A stretch of DNA of 63,808 nt, the filler included, from Hausera hauseri (lineage: Eukaryota), in assembly GCA_046269625.1 (NCBI GenBank). It is 10 parts of 10 records of this genome, joined end to end, with 100 filler letters (N's around TTAATTAATTAA, not from the genome) between each part and the next. Parts side by side here need not be neighbours in the genome. Positions count along the whole stretch, not along the records: positions 1 to 7,353 come from JBJURY010019786.1; positions 7,454 to 15,346 come from JBJURY010889845.1; 8 more parts are not named here. One strand, written 5' to 3'. Position numbers and translations under genes: made by a program. Position 1 is the first letter of the stretch. Each line of letters starts with the position of its first letter. Of the stretch, positions 1-12,100 are shown one piece after another. The notes under the pieces are model-generated. The model did no database searches. It worked only from the letters and a program-made list of their open reading frames with translations, and was not told the DNA's origin.

Positions 1-190
1 CCGATCGATTCGATCAATACTGCACTGTGCAGCGATCGATTTGTGAAATGTGCAAAAGTGCCCTTAGCAACGGTGCCAAACGGAACCGTTGCCTAGCACT
101 TTATGGATCGATAGTGCTCCGGGTGCACTATCGATCGGCACATGTGCAAAATCGATTTATCGATTAACCCCCCTGGGGGGGGCTGTGCCC
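1..190. repeat. ATCGAT-rich multi-hairpin repeat (MITE-like end)
   Basis: Perfect 12-bp stem GATCGATAGTGC-7nt-GCACTATCGATC (106-136), imperfect stem AAAGTGC..GCAACGGT/ACCGTTGC..GCACTTT, and CCCCCCTGGGGGG. Similar ATCGAT-rich pieces occur at 7454-7515 and 30868-30945. Confidence 0.5.
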
Positions 191-199
191 GAATCCCCA

Positions 200-1260
200 T
201 TTTTACCCTACTGAATGGCTCGATTTTCCTCGTGTCGGAAGTTTTACTTCATACAAAATCGGTGTGGATGTTGCCAGTCGTTATGAAGTTATTATCAATT
301 CGGATAGTGCTGAATTATTCGATATAATTATTGACTGTCGAGAAGTTATCCAAATAAATAGACCATGTGCGGTTATAGTTCAACAACCTCGTCGACAGCA
401 TAGTTTTGGTATGCAATGGCCCAATACTAATAGTAGAGAGTGTTCCAAGCGATTCTCAGTCAATGACAAGCTTTAATGCAGAAATTCACCTTGTATTTGA
501 ACAAATTGGACTCTCACTGTCCATTTCGTCATCTCATCTAGTCAATATTCATTATCATTATATCGTTAATGACGACAGCTCAAAAATGTTTATTGACTCA
601 CTACGAAACGGGGCCATCGGCATATCGACTGTTAATAAATACTCCTCTGCCAATTCCGACGGAATACGCAATTTTTCGCTAAATCGACGCAACATCTTTT
701 CTGGAATGTTGGCATCCAAATTTCGTTCATCGAGTACGAATCGAAAGACGAGTCCGGTTTGTTTTTATCACAAATCATCGGATTACCTGTTTACGTCCGT
801 GTACATGCTCCATGGGATACATCTACAGCTTCAAAACTATTTTTGGAAAGAATATCAGCTGCACTTCTGCAAGGAAAAGATTGTATTAGATTGACTCTTC
901 CGATAAACTTCCATCCCCCCGAGTCAAATCGTTCCGAATCGTCTAGCTCGACAAATGTCGACGAAACACATGCCGACTGCAACAACACACGAACCAGAGT
1001 ACAGTAGTCTACTGCACAGGAAATACAGCAATTTTTTAGAATCAGTTTACTCTGGTGAGTCGCCTTATGTCATTATTAATACTTCTGTCATAAACAAGGA
1101 AGCGCCGGATGATCGGACCAGCCATTACAACCCGGGGATGTTGTGCGTGCCCGTGTCCTACGCACCACATTATGCACTCAACATAGCTGAAAACTTTATC
1201 TCCCTTACTCTTGCTTGAAAACAGACATACATACATGCTACATACATCAAATTGCAACTA
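200..1260 (+). pseudogene. Unidentified decayed coding-like region
   Basis: Overlapping + ORFs (264-476, 406-894, 759-1007, 955-1218) hand over between frames like a frameshifted gene. No family recognised. Confidence 0.25.
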
Positions 1261-1794
1261 TCGCAAAATTGTCTGGGGTGCTCCAACGAGAAATATTCCC
1301 AACTAATTTTTGTTTTAGTTTTAACGGATTTTTTTTGCTGCAATAAGACATTATTACTAACTACACCCGCGCCTCTTCGACACCTATACTTACTTTACAC
1401 TATCGTCTGCTAGGTGGATCTGATTCAAAAATATCTAAGGACCAACAAAATTTTGCCGACATTCCCACTATAAGTGTACCGTTAAATTCACCTCTAACCC
1501 CGCCATCCACTGCAAATCTACCTTGCGTAGAATACTTTGTTGACAAGAAACACTCTAGACGGACGTGGTTAGACTTTCACGCGGCTTAATTGAAATCAAA
1601 TAATATTGTCAACTCGATTTTTAAATCAAATAATTTGCTTATACCCTTTCCTTCTAACATTAAGTCGCAGCTTCCCAATTTATCGGACATTTTCCAAAGT
1701 AGTGACCCATATAAAACACTAACTCTTAAAAATCACCGAACCATCCCTAGTTAACATCATCCATAAATATTTTAACGACAACACCATAGGAACA

Positions 1795-2475
1795 TTGAAA
1801 CCCTCAGAATTTCTACAAATCTCACCAACTCAATTAAGTACCCTTGGCGTTAATCAAGCAAATAATGCCGATTTACTAGGCAGGTATTTTCTACAGTCTT
1901 TACGAAGAGACATACGTGCACTATTGACCATAGTAGGGGGCACATCGTCACTACAAAAACTAGCACAATTGGCTGACAAAAGCCACGAGATTTTACATGA
2001 ACATACAGCCCCATTAGTAGCCGCTACGCTACAAGCACCAACAACTCAACAAGCTAGAGACATAACTAATCTAAACTCTCAGATAAATTCTTTACGAGCC
2101 GAAAACGCCAACATTCACCAAGCAATTTCTCCACTCACGTCAAAAATCAAAGCTTTGAGCATGCCTAGACGAAATCGTCGCGATGCGAACAATAGCCGCA
2201 CATCATCCCAAAATTTAGGGAATGGAAGGTCACCTACACGGTCAATGGTGTGTTACTACCACACAAAATTTAAAGATAACTCCACTAAATGCTGTTTAGG
2301 TTTTATATTTTATGCTCCCCATTTCAAACGACCCGACATTGTCTGTATTTATCATAACAAATTTAATTCTAAAGCACATAATTGTGTTACAGGTTGCACT
2401 TTTGTTAACCTATCTAATTCACCACGACCTACTCTTTCCAACAACATAAGTCCTGTGCCTTCAAAAAACTCATAA
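1795..2475 (+). CDS. gag: Gag C-terminal half with two tandem Cx2H..C..C (CHCC) motifs
   Basis: MKPSEFL...RYFLQSL capsid-like segment; CYYHTKFKDNSTKC and CIYHNKFNSKAHNCVTGC. Confidence 0.85.
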   Translation: MKPSEFLQISPTQLSTLGVNQANNADLLGRYFLQSLRRDIRALLTIVGGTSSLQKLAQLADKSHEILHEHTAPLVAATLQAPTTQQARDITNLNSQINSLRAENANIHQAISPLTSKIKALSMPRRNRRDANNSRTSSQNLGNGRSPTRSMVCYYHTKFKDNSTKCCLGFIFYAPHFKRPDIVCIYHNKFNSKAHNCVTGCTFVNLSNSPRPTLSNNISPVPSKNS

Positions 2476-2504
2476 AGCCGCCAGATGTTGCGGCACATAC
2501 TGGC
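2463..2504 (+). promoter_or_regulatory. -1 ribosomal frameshift signal (A AAA AAC plus downstream stem or pseudoknot)
   Basis: AAAAAAC at 2463-2469 just before the gag stop; 7-nt spacer; GCCGC/GCGGC stem 2477-2494; pol lies in the -1 frame. Confidence 0.75.
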
Positions 2505-2589
2505 ACATGCAAACGTCTTCAATCTAATAACCGTACCTACGCTGTTTTCACATTAAAAGCCTCCTTAACATCCAAACCCAATTAACCAA

Positions 2590-5500
2590 TTAACTTCCTC
2601 ATTGACTTTGGGGCTGCTGTTTCTTTGTTACCATCATTGATCAAAACACCATTAATCTCACCATCTAACACTAAATTATACACAGCTGACGGTCAAGCCT
2701 TACGCATTTTCAGCACGTCCAAGGTTTCATTTACTTTACTAACATTCTCCGACATTTTCAATTGGATATTCATCGTTGCCGACACACAATCTCCAATACT
2801 TGGATCTAATTTCTTATCTTTCTGCAACCTCCTTGTAGATTGCAAACAACGTCAGATAATAAAAAGCTGTTCAACAAAATCTGCCTCTAAAAATAACCAA
2901 CAAATAATGCAACCTATCTCCCCTATAAAATCGATATTAAAAGAACCATCAGCCGACGCAAATAAGAACGTCATTAATACCAATATAAATAACCCAACGT
3001 TTTTTTTGCAGTCCGGTAATAGAGGAACAAAAAGCGTTGACAAAGACGATTTAAGCAACTCAATTTCTATCGTTTCACACACTAAGTCCAATCAAACCAC
3101 TGTCGTAGAAACAACAGCCTTTACTATGCTTAGACAAGAAATGCAACAATATCTAACCAAAGCTTGTTTGCATACAGTTAAAAGAGACCCAGTATTTCGA
3201 CCAGCTAACAAGACGTTTTATCATATCACCACAGAGAACCTTAGGCCCGTTAGGCAGAAACTCCATCCACTTTCGCCACGCCGTCAACAGGCAGTACAAA
3301 CGGAATTCTCTGCACTCTCGCAAGCTGACATTACAAAACGCTCTAAATTACCATGGGCATTACCACTCCATGTCGTCCCAAAGAAAGATGGCACATTCTG
3401 TCCCTGCGGTGACTATCGACAACTTAATAATGTCACAACCATGGATGCTTATCCCCTACCGTTGATTAAGGATATATTGCATTCTTTACACAAGACTATG
3501 ATTTATTCAACCATAGATCTCGAAAAAGCCTACCACCAAATACCGGTAGCACCAGAAGACATCCCAAAACCGGCCATTATAACACCTTTTGGTCTCTTCG
3601 AATACGCATTAATGCCGTTCCATTTAAAAAACGCAGCACAAGCTTTCCAACGGCACATAGATTCAATTCTTTCAGGCTTGCCATTTGCATATCCATACAT
3701 TGATGACATGCTAGTCGCATAGGCATCGCCCAAACAACACGAAGAACATCTCAGGCTAGTTTTTTAACGTTTACACTACTACAACTTGCAAGTGAACTTT
3801 GCTAAGTGTTCCTTCTTTTAGAAAAAGGTCAATTTCCTCGGCAACGTCATCATACCTGACGGTCACAGTCCACAGCCTGATAGAATCCATCAACTACAAA
3901 ACATCGAGCTACCAAAAACCACTACTGACATGAGTAGTTTACGTGGAACTTTAAATTTTGTTCATAAATACGTCCCACACTGTAGCCAGTTAACTGCTCC
4001 TTTCAATCAACTAGGAGCAAGGCCAAAAAAAGCTCATAAATTGTACACCAGAAATTGTTAAACAGTTCGATAAACTCAGCGACAAGCTCAAAACAGTCGA
4101 AATTTTAGCTTACACAAAACCTGACGATGACCTCATTTTAACAACCGACGCATCAACTACAGCAGTAAGAGGTGTTCTTCATCAAATATCTCAAGGTATA
4201 GACGAGCCGTTTAAATTCTTTTCACGCAAGCTGCAGCCACAAGAACGCCGTTATTCTACCTTCGATGGAAACTTCTGGCCATTGTTTTAGCTCTGAAATA
4301 TTTTTCACATTTACTGATTGCTCGTTTCTTCACTATTGAAACGGAGCATAAACCTCTCGTTCACGTAATAAACATGGAACAACCATCACTCCGACAAAAA
4401 CGTCATATTTCATATCTGTCAACATTTAACTTCAAAATTTGCCATATTTCCGGCACAGAAAATTTAATGGCCGATTTCTTATCACGGTCAGGTGGTTCAA
4501 TTACTGTCACGCCTATATTCTCCAAGGAAAATTAATCCAAAATTCCCCCTCCGCAGAAATTCTGAAACAATACAAATCCATGCATCATCGATGGAATAGC
4601 TATGGATACTTCGACATCTAAACAACATTTGCCAATTTTGGCACTTCCTCTCCAACAAACTGCATTTTAACATGTTCGTTCTTTACATCACCCAGGTTTC
4701 AGGGCTACATTCCGCCTTCTCAAACGCCACGTAACATGGCCATCAATGAGGTATGATGTACAGAGCTGGGTTAGGCAATGCGTAGCTTGCCAAAAGTTCA
4801 AAATAACTAAATATCTTAAACCACCATTATTCCATTTCTCATGTACATCCCGCTTTAAGTCAGTTCACATAGATATATTTGGCCCATTACCTTCCAATAA
4901 CGGCCACCAATTGATTTTAACAATGATGACCCGCGCGTCTCGTTGGCCGGAAGCCATCCCTATGTGCTCCATCAATACAGACTCCATTTCCGACGCATTC
5001 ATAAGGATTTGGATTAGCCGGTTCGGTTTATCTCACCCAATTTGAATCGAACCTATTCAAATCTCTAGTTAATCGACTGGGCATAAAACAAATACACACA
5101 ACTTCATACCATCCCCAGTCGAACGGTTTATTGGAACACTTTCATCGCACTCTCAATATCTCGTTAAAAATCCTGGTTGAAACTCATAAGAATTGGACAA
5201 CCATCCTCCCTTTTGTTTTACTCGGGTGGTGCGACACGCCGTCTACTACCAACGGTTGCGCAGCCGCTGAAGCACTCTTTGGTACCACAATTCGTGAACT
5301 CTTCGAGTTCACAGATTTGGATAACACACCGACTGACGAAACCATTAGGTCTGCACAAAATCACTTCGTCCAATTAAGCCAAGATTTTTCTGCAAAATAG
5401 TACATGATGACAAATCATGCTTACCTGACTCGCTATGTAATGCAAAGTTCGTGTGGATAAAAAATTCTTTACCTTCCGGATTCCAACCAAACTCTATAGG

Positions 5501-5990
5501 ATCATATAAAGTCCTCAGTCTAACTTCACACACGGTTACAATACTCAAAAACGACAAAGAACAAAATGTGCATATATTTAACATAAAACCTACATTGTTC
5601 CTTAATGACACACCGGATCCAACAACTAACTTTGCACATACATTTCTTGACTCCTTCAATACTTCTTCTATTATACCTCCACGACAAACTGCAATTTTAA
5701 AACCCGCATCAAAGCAAAAAACTACGCTAAACGACATACAGACTAGTTTTCAGGCTGCTGGCACGTCAAATCAAAATTTAACTTCCCACATTCCAACTCA
5801 GCAAACAATTAAGCAACATAGCAAAAACGCAAGACAGTCACCTTCAGCAAATTCAACAAAGAACAAAATACCAACAAAATTCAACGTCTTGTCCATACAA
5901 AGACTCAACAGTTCACTTACATCTGTCGGCCTTATTTCTTTACTCGTTACATTAACACAGTGTCACCTTCGTAACGGGAGGGGCAATGTG
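2590..5990 (+). pseudogene. pol: Disrupted pol (PR-RT-RNase H-IN) of A1
   Basis: ORFs 2625-3722 (YIDD), 4746-5045, 5131-5400 and 5451-6029, interrupted by stops and frameshifts. Confidence 0.9.
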
Positions 5991-6332
5991 GTGCCGCTGG
6001 AGAGGAGAATGGAAGAAATAAAACAGTAAGAATAACATTAAAGGAAGAAAATTAAGATATGAGGATTATAACAATGAATGAAACAGACGATGTATTGACA
6101 TTATGAAAAAAGATTAAAGAACTAGAACCGTTTTATAAGAAAAAAACAGACGGATTAAGCTTCTATGGCAGAACACTATATAGCTACTTCAACATGCTAC
6201 GAGTGGGATGTAGTTATGAAAACTATAATCCAATTATGATAGTAGAAATACACTCCGATGCAAGAGCAAAAGAAACGATAGAGAATATAATAAGGGAACT
6301 GAAACCTCAAGAGGTTGGGGAACAACCATTAG

Positions 6333-6911
6333 GTGATACACAGGATGTTTCAGTACAAACAGAAGCCCGAAGGAGAGGGAGACCAAAAAGGAACAAAAAT
6401 AAGCGTCATTCGAAACATAAAGGATCGAAACGAAGAAATTGTACGGCGACTGCTATTAGCAGGAACGGATATAATGCCAGAATCTATAGATATAGATTCG
6501 TTATTAAGAACGTTACTAGCCAAATTACATACGTCATTTGCATCGTTTGATATGCAAGTGGTAATTACTGACGAATTGTTTCAGACGTTACGTAACGATA
6601 TGCTAAAAATTAGCAGGCAGTTTTATGAAAATATTGGTGAGGAAAAAATTACTGAACTGCATGAGCAAGATATATTAGAAAATGTGTTCGCGACAGAAAT
6701 CACGCGAGAAAAAGTACGAACAGCTATAGCTTATCTGTTATATAAAGTGATTGTGATCAATTACCAGACCCAAAATTTAGAAGAAATTGAGCGAAATATT
6801 AAAGCAGCGGTTAAAGTTTTAAAAGACTCGTTTGAAAATTGGGTCCAGTGTAGAGGCGGGTGGTTCGCAAGTCTTACGAAAAATGTAAGAGTAAAAGGGT
6901 ATGGAGGATAA
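6333..6911 (+). CDS. Bcl-2 family-like helical domain carried by the retroelement
   Basis: BH2-like FENWVQCRGGW; BH1-like VFATEITREKV (compare BOK FSAGITWGKV) at the expected ~50-aa spacing; BH3-like QTLRNDMLKISRQF; BH4-like IDSLLRTLLAKL. Preceded by the AT-hook-like RRGRPKR in the overlapping frame. Confidence 0.72.
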   Translation: MIHRMFQYKQKPEGEGDQKGTKISVIRNIKDRNEEIVRRLLLAGTDIMPESIDIDSLLRTLLAKLHTSFASFDMQVVITDELFQTLRNDMLKISRQFYENIGEEKITELHEQDILENVFATEITREKVRTAIAYLLYKVIVINYQTQNLEEIERNIKAAVKVLKDSFENWVQCRGGWFASLTKNVRVKGYGG

Positions 6912-6965
6912 ACAGGGATATCAACCGTAGCACAATCAAACCTACACACGTCAAGACAAGGCATA

Positions 6966-8800
6966 ATGGGAATGACGATGATGGGGATCTTCCAGATAAT
7001 CTTAATAACATCCTTGCTGATGCCGAAGGCAATGGGAATAGTAGCATACGATTGCTCAAAACCTAAGGAAGGACAGACGTATTCCTTAGTTGATCTAGAA
7101 AAATGTCCTGAAACTGATTCAGAACAACTAACGACAACCAGCGGTCATAGATATTGGATTTATCAGGAGTCTGAATTTATAAAATCCAAAATCAGTGAAT
7201 GTTATGTGAAGAAATTTTTCTTTCTGTTCAATTGTGCGTATTATTCCCGAAACTCTGCAATAATTGAACCAACAACATCATTTCAGCCGATAATAATATC
7301 GCGCGCCGAATGTCAAGATGCTTTTAAAATCGGAGTTATAACGATACAGATATNNNNNNNNNNNNNNNNNNNNNNNNNNNNNNNNNNNNNNNNNNNNTTA
7401 ATTAATTAANNNNNNNNNNNNNNNNNNNNNNNNNNNNNNNNNNNNNNNNNNNNTGATTATCGATCCTGGGGGGGGGGTGGCCCAGTGCGCTCCTTTCCCC
7501 CTACTAACGTGATAGTTGTAGATTTCTATAAAACAGCGATGCGATTACAAAAGTAATGTTTCACAGTGTTACTAAACTGTATGTCGAGAATAAAAATGCC
7601 ACTTACAAGATGAAATGTATGCTTTTAGAAGTTCTGTTATAATATGGGAACCTCCTTCTGGAAGAAACTGTAATTTTATCAAAATTAAAGAACTGAAATT
7701 CAATGAAGCCACCGGGAAGCGCGAAGACCTGGCCGAGTATTCTACACCAATGATGCTGATTTCTAATACCTATGGTTTGAAATTTATTAAAAAGGAAATA
7801 ATTTCACTTTACGCGGTTGTGCTGTTTGCAACTAGTTATGAAGCATTTTTCGTCGCAGAAATGGAAATACGTGCACGGACTTATCAACTTGAAATACAGG
7901 ATATTAGTATTGAAGATTACTTGAAAAATCGAGACGACAATTTTACTGCAAAAGACAAGTTGGAATAGCCGAACTATACATAAAATGATAACAAACAATT
8001 GTATGCTAGACATGGAAATTATGAGAACAAAACTAGCTCTCATTTATGCTAATCCTGAGTTTGTATCACCAACAATTCCTATGATAGGAGGAATTTTCGA
8101 GTGAGTCACCGGTGAGGTTTTATTGACCTACGAATGTGAAAAAAGGATGTATCGATTAATGTCGAAGAAAAACGGTGTATACAAGAACTCCCGGTTATAT
8201 ACCAAAGCATTCCCCGGTTAGCCATTCCACTTACTACAGTTTTCTTAGATAACGCGACTTAGCCAACAATCCTTAAAGATTGTAAGGCAAGCTTAGGGGA
8301 ACCCATGTTTAGACGTAGCGAAACGGATTGGGTAAGTTTGCCAAACGGAGGTATTACTGACGCTCCAATTAAGTTAACGGGAACTAATCTCGTGAAACGA
8401 ATCAGGGATGATAAATTCCAGGACACCTCATTAAAAGGAATTTATATACCAAAGGAAATCAAAGCTTTTAAACAATTTCTCTCTTTTCGCAACAACAAAC
8501 GCAGGCACTGAATCGAAAGGTCGCCTCAGTACTAGACGATACTCGATATCAAGCTAAATGGGAATCCTTGCTCGGAGTAAACCATTACCAACCAGTAACC
8601 ACGGAAATATTGAACAAAATTTAGGAAGATTTTTAATCTTTGGACAAGCCGCATCTGGATTTCTAGCGATGTATTTTATGACACAACTAATTAAAACGGT
8701 CATCCAAGCAGTAATAAACGGGTATGAAATATTTATATTGACGAGGTTCCCGTGTAAAATATTGACCGCGATCATCACACCGTTTGGAAATCAGACGTAG
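6966..8800 (+). pseudogene. env: Envelope glycoprotein, chuvirus/Anakin-type (gB-related), disrupted
   Basis: Signal peptide then AYDC..YSLVDLEKC..YQ..EC..C..C-x5-G, matching the chuvirus-G N-terminal cysteine pattern. Continues after the gap (IIWEPP, CMLDMEIMRTKLAL, CIQELPVIY) to the hydrophobic C-terminus GQAASGFLAMYF..CKILTAIITPFG. Confidence 0.8.
7354..7453. other. Artificial contig linker (N44-TTAATTAATTAA-N44); also at 15347, 21221, 26029, 30743, 36237, 43233, 55492 and 59737
   Basis: Identical 100-bp spacers containing stops in all six frames. Confidence 0.98.
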
Positions 8801-9118
8801 AACGTCATTTCGGCTACCACAATCGCAAAAGGAAAGGGAGACCTATGCTTTTGTACAAGCAGAAGTTCTCTAAACCTAAACCACGATGGAATAATTCGGA
8901 TGATGACAAGCCTAAGGAAGGAGAAGACCCTTTTAAAACAGATGGACATAAGACATACTCCATAGTTAAGGCACCATTGCTCATGTTACCCCCTCCGCTC
9001 CAATCTATGAACACTGCGACAAACGATCGATGAGTGCATATCAGACAGAAATTTATGAAAGAACAATAGGGTTGGAAGACCCTTATGAAGGGACAAACGG
9101 TATGGAATTTTACGGAAA

Positions 9119-12100
9119 ATGTGCTACCGACAGCATATGGACTATCCTAGAATTTTGCACTCTCCACGAAAACCTGGAAATATAGACACTAGACCACCTG
9201 TCTGGGGAAATCAAAGATTACGGACCTTCCAGAATGTAGCACCGCTTACTAACAACCGAGAGCCATTAATTAATACTCATGAAATGGAAGAGTCGAACAT
9301 CGAAAACAATGAATTATATCCAAATGAGGAACTAAGACAACTAACAGAAAACATAGTATCCTCCCCAGAAATCAGGATAAAGGGTCACAAGATATCGGCA
9401 ACGAAGCGCCCAAAAGTTGCATCAAATTGTTTTGGAACAGTAATAGAAGGGAGACCCTTCTCCATAATTACTATTGAAGATTGGGAAGTTTATGCCCTAA
9501 TGGACATAGATTCAGAGATGTCATACATCAAAAATGACTCAATTCCTCAAATGTTAAGGGGACAGTTATATATACCATCTACGAGGGACCCCGGAAGCAC
9601 AGGAGCTTTCGGCAAAATGTCGAAACCGATGTTCAAATGGAACCCAGAAGTTCAAATAGTTGGACTGTTTTTCCGTCACGCATTTGCAGTTATAAAACAA
9701 TTAAATGACCATGTACTTTTAGGCTACGACTTACTGAAGTGACTACCAAATGTAGCAATCGACTTCCAAACAGGAGGACTGAGAGAGATTAGGCCAAAAA
9801 GGGATAAAACCGCTAAAGATAGAAAATTTGGGAAAGTATAGATCCCAGTAGAGGAAAATATTCCACCATGAACAGGGATAATAATTTACTCTCAAGTTTA
9901 CCAAGATTATGAACAACCAGTATACTTTGAACCAAAGGAAACATTAGATCCGAATATAATATTCAGTAATATATTGACAAGAGTACACTCGGGTCGTGTG
10001 CCAATCAGAATAGTGAATAATGCACCGACTTCAGTAAAGCTTCATGCTTACACTACCTTAGGGAATACCTATGGAGTGTCGTCCATAACCGTTGAAGAAA
10101 AACCTTATAAATATGCCGAATTTCCGCCACATGTTGAAACTAAGCATTCACCTAAATCTTACTGCTGATTTTCTAAATTATTGTGTTGCTATAAATCAAT
10201 TATTGCTAAAGACGACGAAGATATCTGTAGAGCAAAAGCTTTAAAATTGACTATCCCGATTAGGAAAAAGTCCGAGTCAAATGAGGAGATAGATCTTGAA
10301 GATCAAAAGATGCCGAAATGGTGTCCTCTGCCACATTCATTAAGACCCGAGGTAACAAAAGAAGTCGAACGGATGCTTAAAGCCAATATAATTCTGCCTA
10401 GCTATAAATCGTGGTACTCACCAATTCTTATGGCTAAAAAGAAAGGCACTACAAAACATCGATTTTTATTGATTACAGGGCACTGAATATCCTTATGATG
10501 AATGATTCTTTTCCGTTACCATCAGTAAAAGATGCTTTGGGTAGGCTTTAAGGAGCAAAATGGTTTACTACTCTGGACTTACAATCTGGATATTGGTAAG
10601 TGGAAATTGAGGGTGAAGACTTCTATAAAACCACGTTTAAAACGCACGACGGTGTCCATGAATTTAATGTCATGCTGTTTGGTATTACCACCGGACCAGC
10701 TATTTTTACGAGAGTGATGAATAAAATGTTAATGGGTCAAGACCACTCTTTTGCATACTTAGATGATGTAATGATAGCGTTGAAGACAGAAGAGGAACAT
10801 TTAAAAGGTAATGAGCACACGTTGATGAAATTAGAACAATTAGGATTAAAGTTGAACCCAAAGAAATGTAAATGGGCTCGGAATGCAGTATCCTACCTTG
10901 GACACAAAGTTGGAGAAGGAGGATAGAAATCAGATAAATCATTACTGAATATGATATCTGATTGCATGGAGCCACAAAATCAGAAAGAGTTAAGACACTG
11001 TCTAGGTTTATGTGGATATTACGCCACCTATGTGCCGGTAATTCGAAAATAAATGCACCTTTATATCGTCTACTTAAGAATTAAATGGAAATGGACAGAT
11101 GTCGAACAAAAATCTTTCGACGAAATGAAGAAAATTTTAACAAGAGAACCAGTCTTAAGATACCCATATTTCAATTTACCTTTCATAATTAAGACAGATG
11201 TCAGTAAAGAAGGTATTGGATACAAATTAGCTCAGAAACGAGAGAATGAAGAGTTGGAACAGCCAATCGCTTATGGGGGACGATTCCTAAAAAAAGGCCG
11301 ACAAAAATTATTCCGTTACTGAATTAGAAACCTTAGCCGTTAAAGTAGCACACTGATGTTTTAACGTTTACGTATACGGACAAAAAATCATAATTGTTAC
11401 TGATCATAAAGCCGTCACAACCCTGAAAGTGCTGGAAAACGATCCCACCTGCAGGCGTAACAGATATATTGAAAAAATTTCAAGATATAATATTGAATTT
11501 TAGTATAAGCCTGGCAACAAGCACCTTGACGCTAATGCACTATCAAGACTACAAACTAAGACAAGTGCAATTACGATAATAAAGAAAGCTCAGCTAGAAG
11601 AATTAATAGACCATCGACACGTTCTGACAATGGACAAAGCAATAAAAATCTCAACCGAACAGAAGAGCGATAAAGTTATCCAGCAGATTATAGAATTTGC
11701 TAGAAATGATACAGTACCAAAAGGACGACAGCTTAGGAAACATCTGCACAGGCATGGACACAATTATTGTGTTTTGAACGAGAAGGGTCAGGAGGTTATT
11801 TTGTATTATAAACAAAAAGAAAGAAAATTAACAGTCATCCCAAAGGATTTGCGCATCGACGTTTTAATGACGGAACACGATTCATACTTAGCAGGACAAG
11901 TAAGAAGACATTAGAAAGAATATTGAATAAATACTTTTGGCCCAGTATCTATATTGACATAAAGAATTGGGTAAGTGCTTGCGAAGTATGTGCAACTAAA
12001 CAGAAAAAGACGAAGAACTACACGGCAGAGCTAAAAACAATTGCCGTACCAGACAGACCTATGCAAGTCATGTCGAAGGACATTGCAGGACCATTACCTA

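Larger units (their letters stand above)
1330..5998 (+). mobile_element. Ty3/gypsy LTR retrotransposon, CsRn1-like family A, copy A1 (near-complete internal region, decayed)
   Basis: gag with CHCC motifs, PR (FLIDFGAAVSL), RT (PLHVVPKKDG, YIDD), RNase H (TTDAS, YSTFD), IN (CVACQK, HIDIFGPLP, WPEAIP), PPT GGGAGGGGCAA 5976-5986, then a truncated LTR start TGTGGTGCCGC at 5987. Confidence 0.93.

Noticed and set aside
2625-3722. RT as a retron, DGR or group II intron
   Set aside because: Clear Ty3/gypsy RT flanked by PR, RNase H and IN.
5451-6550. Bcl-2 and env as the 3' cargo of family A copy A1
   Set aside because: A1 ends at its PPT and an ~11-bp LTR stub at 5987-5998. The downstream DNA switches to a purine-rich strand bias and is homologous to family B.
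7398-7409. Recurrent TTAATTAATTAA motif
   Set aside because: Artificial six-frame-stop linker inside N runs; ORFs ending in it are artefacts.
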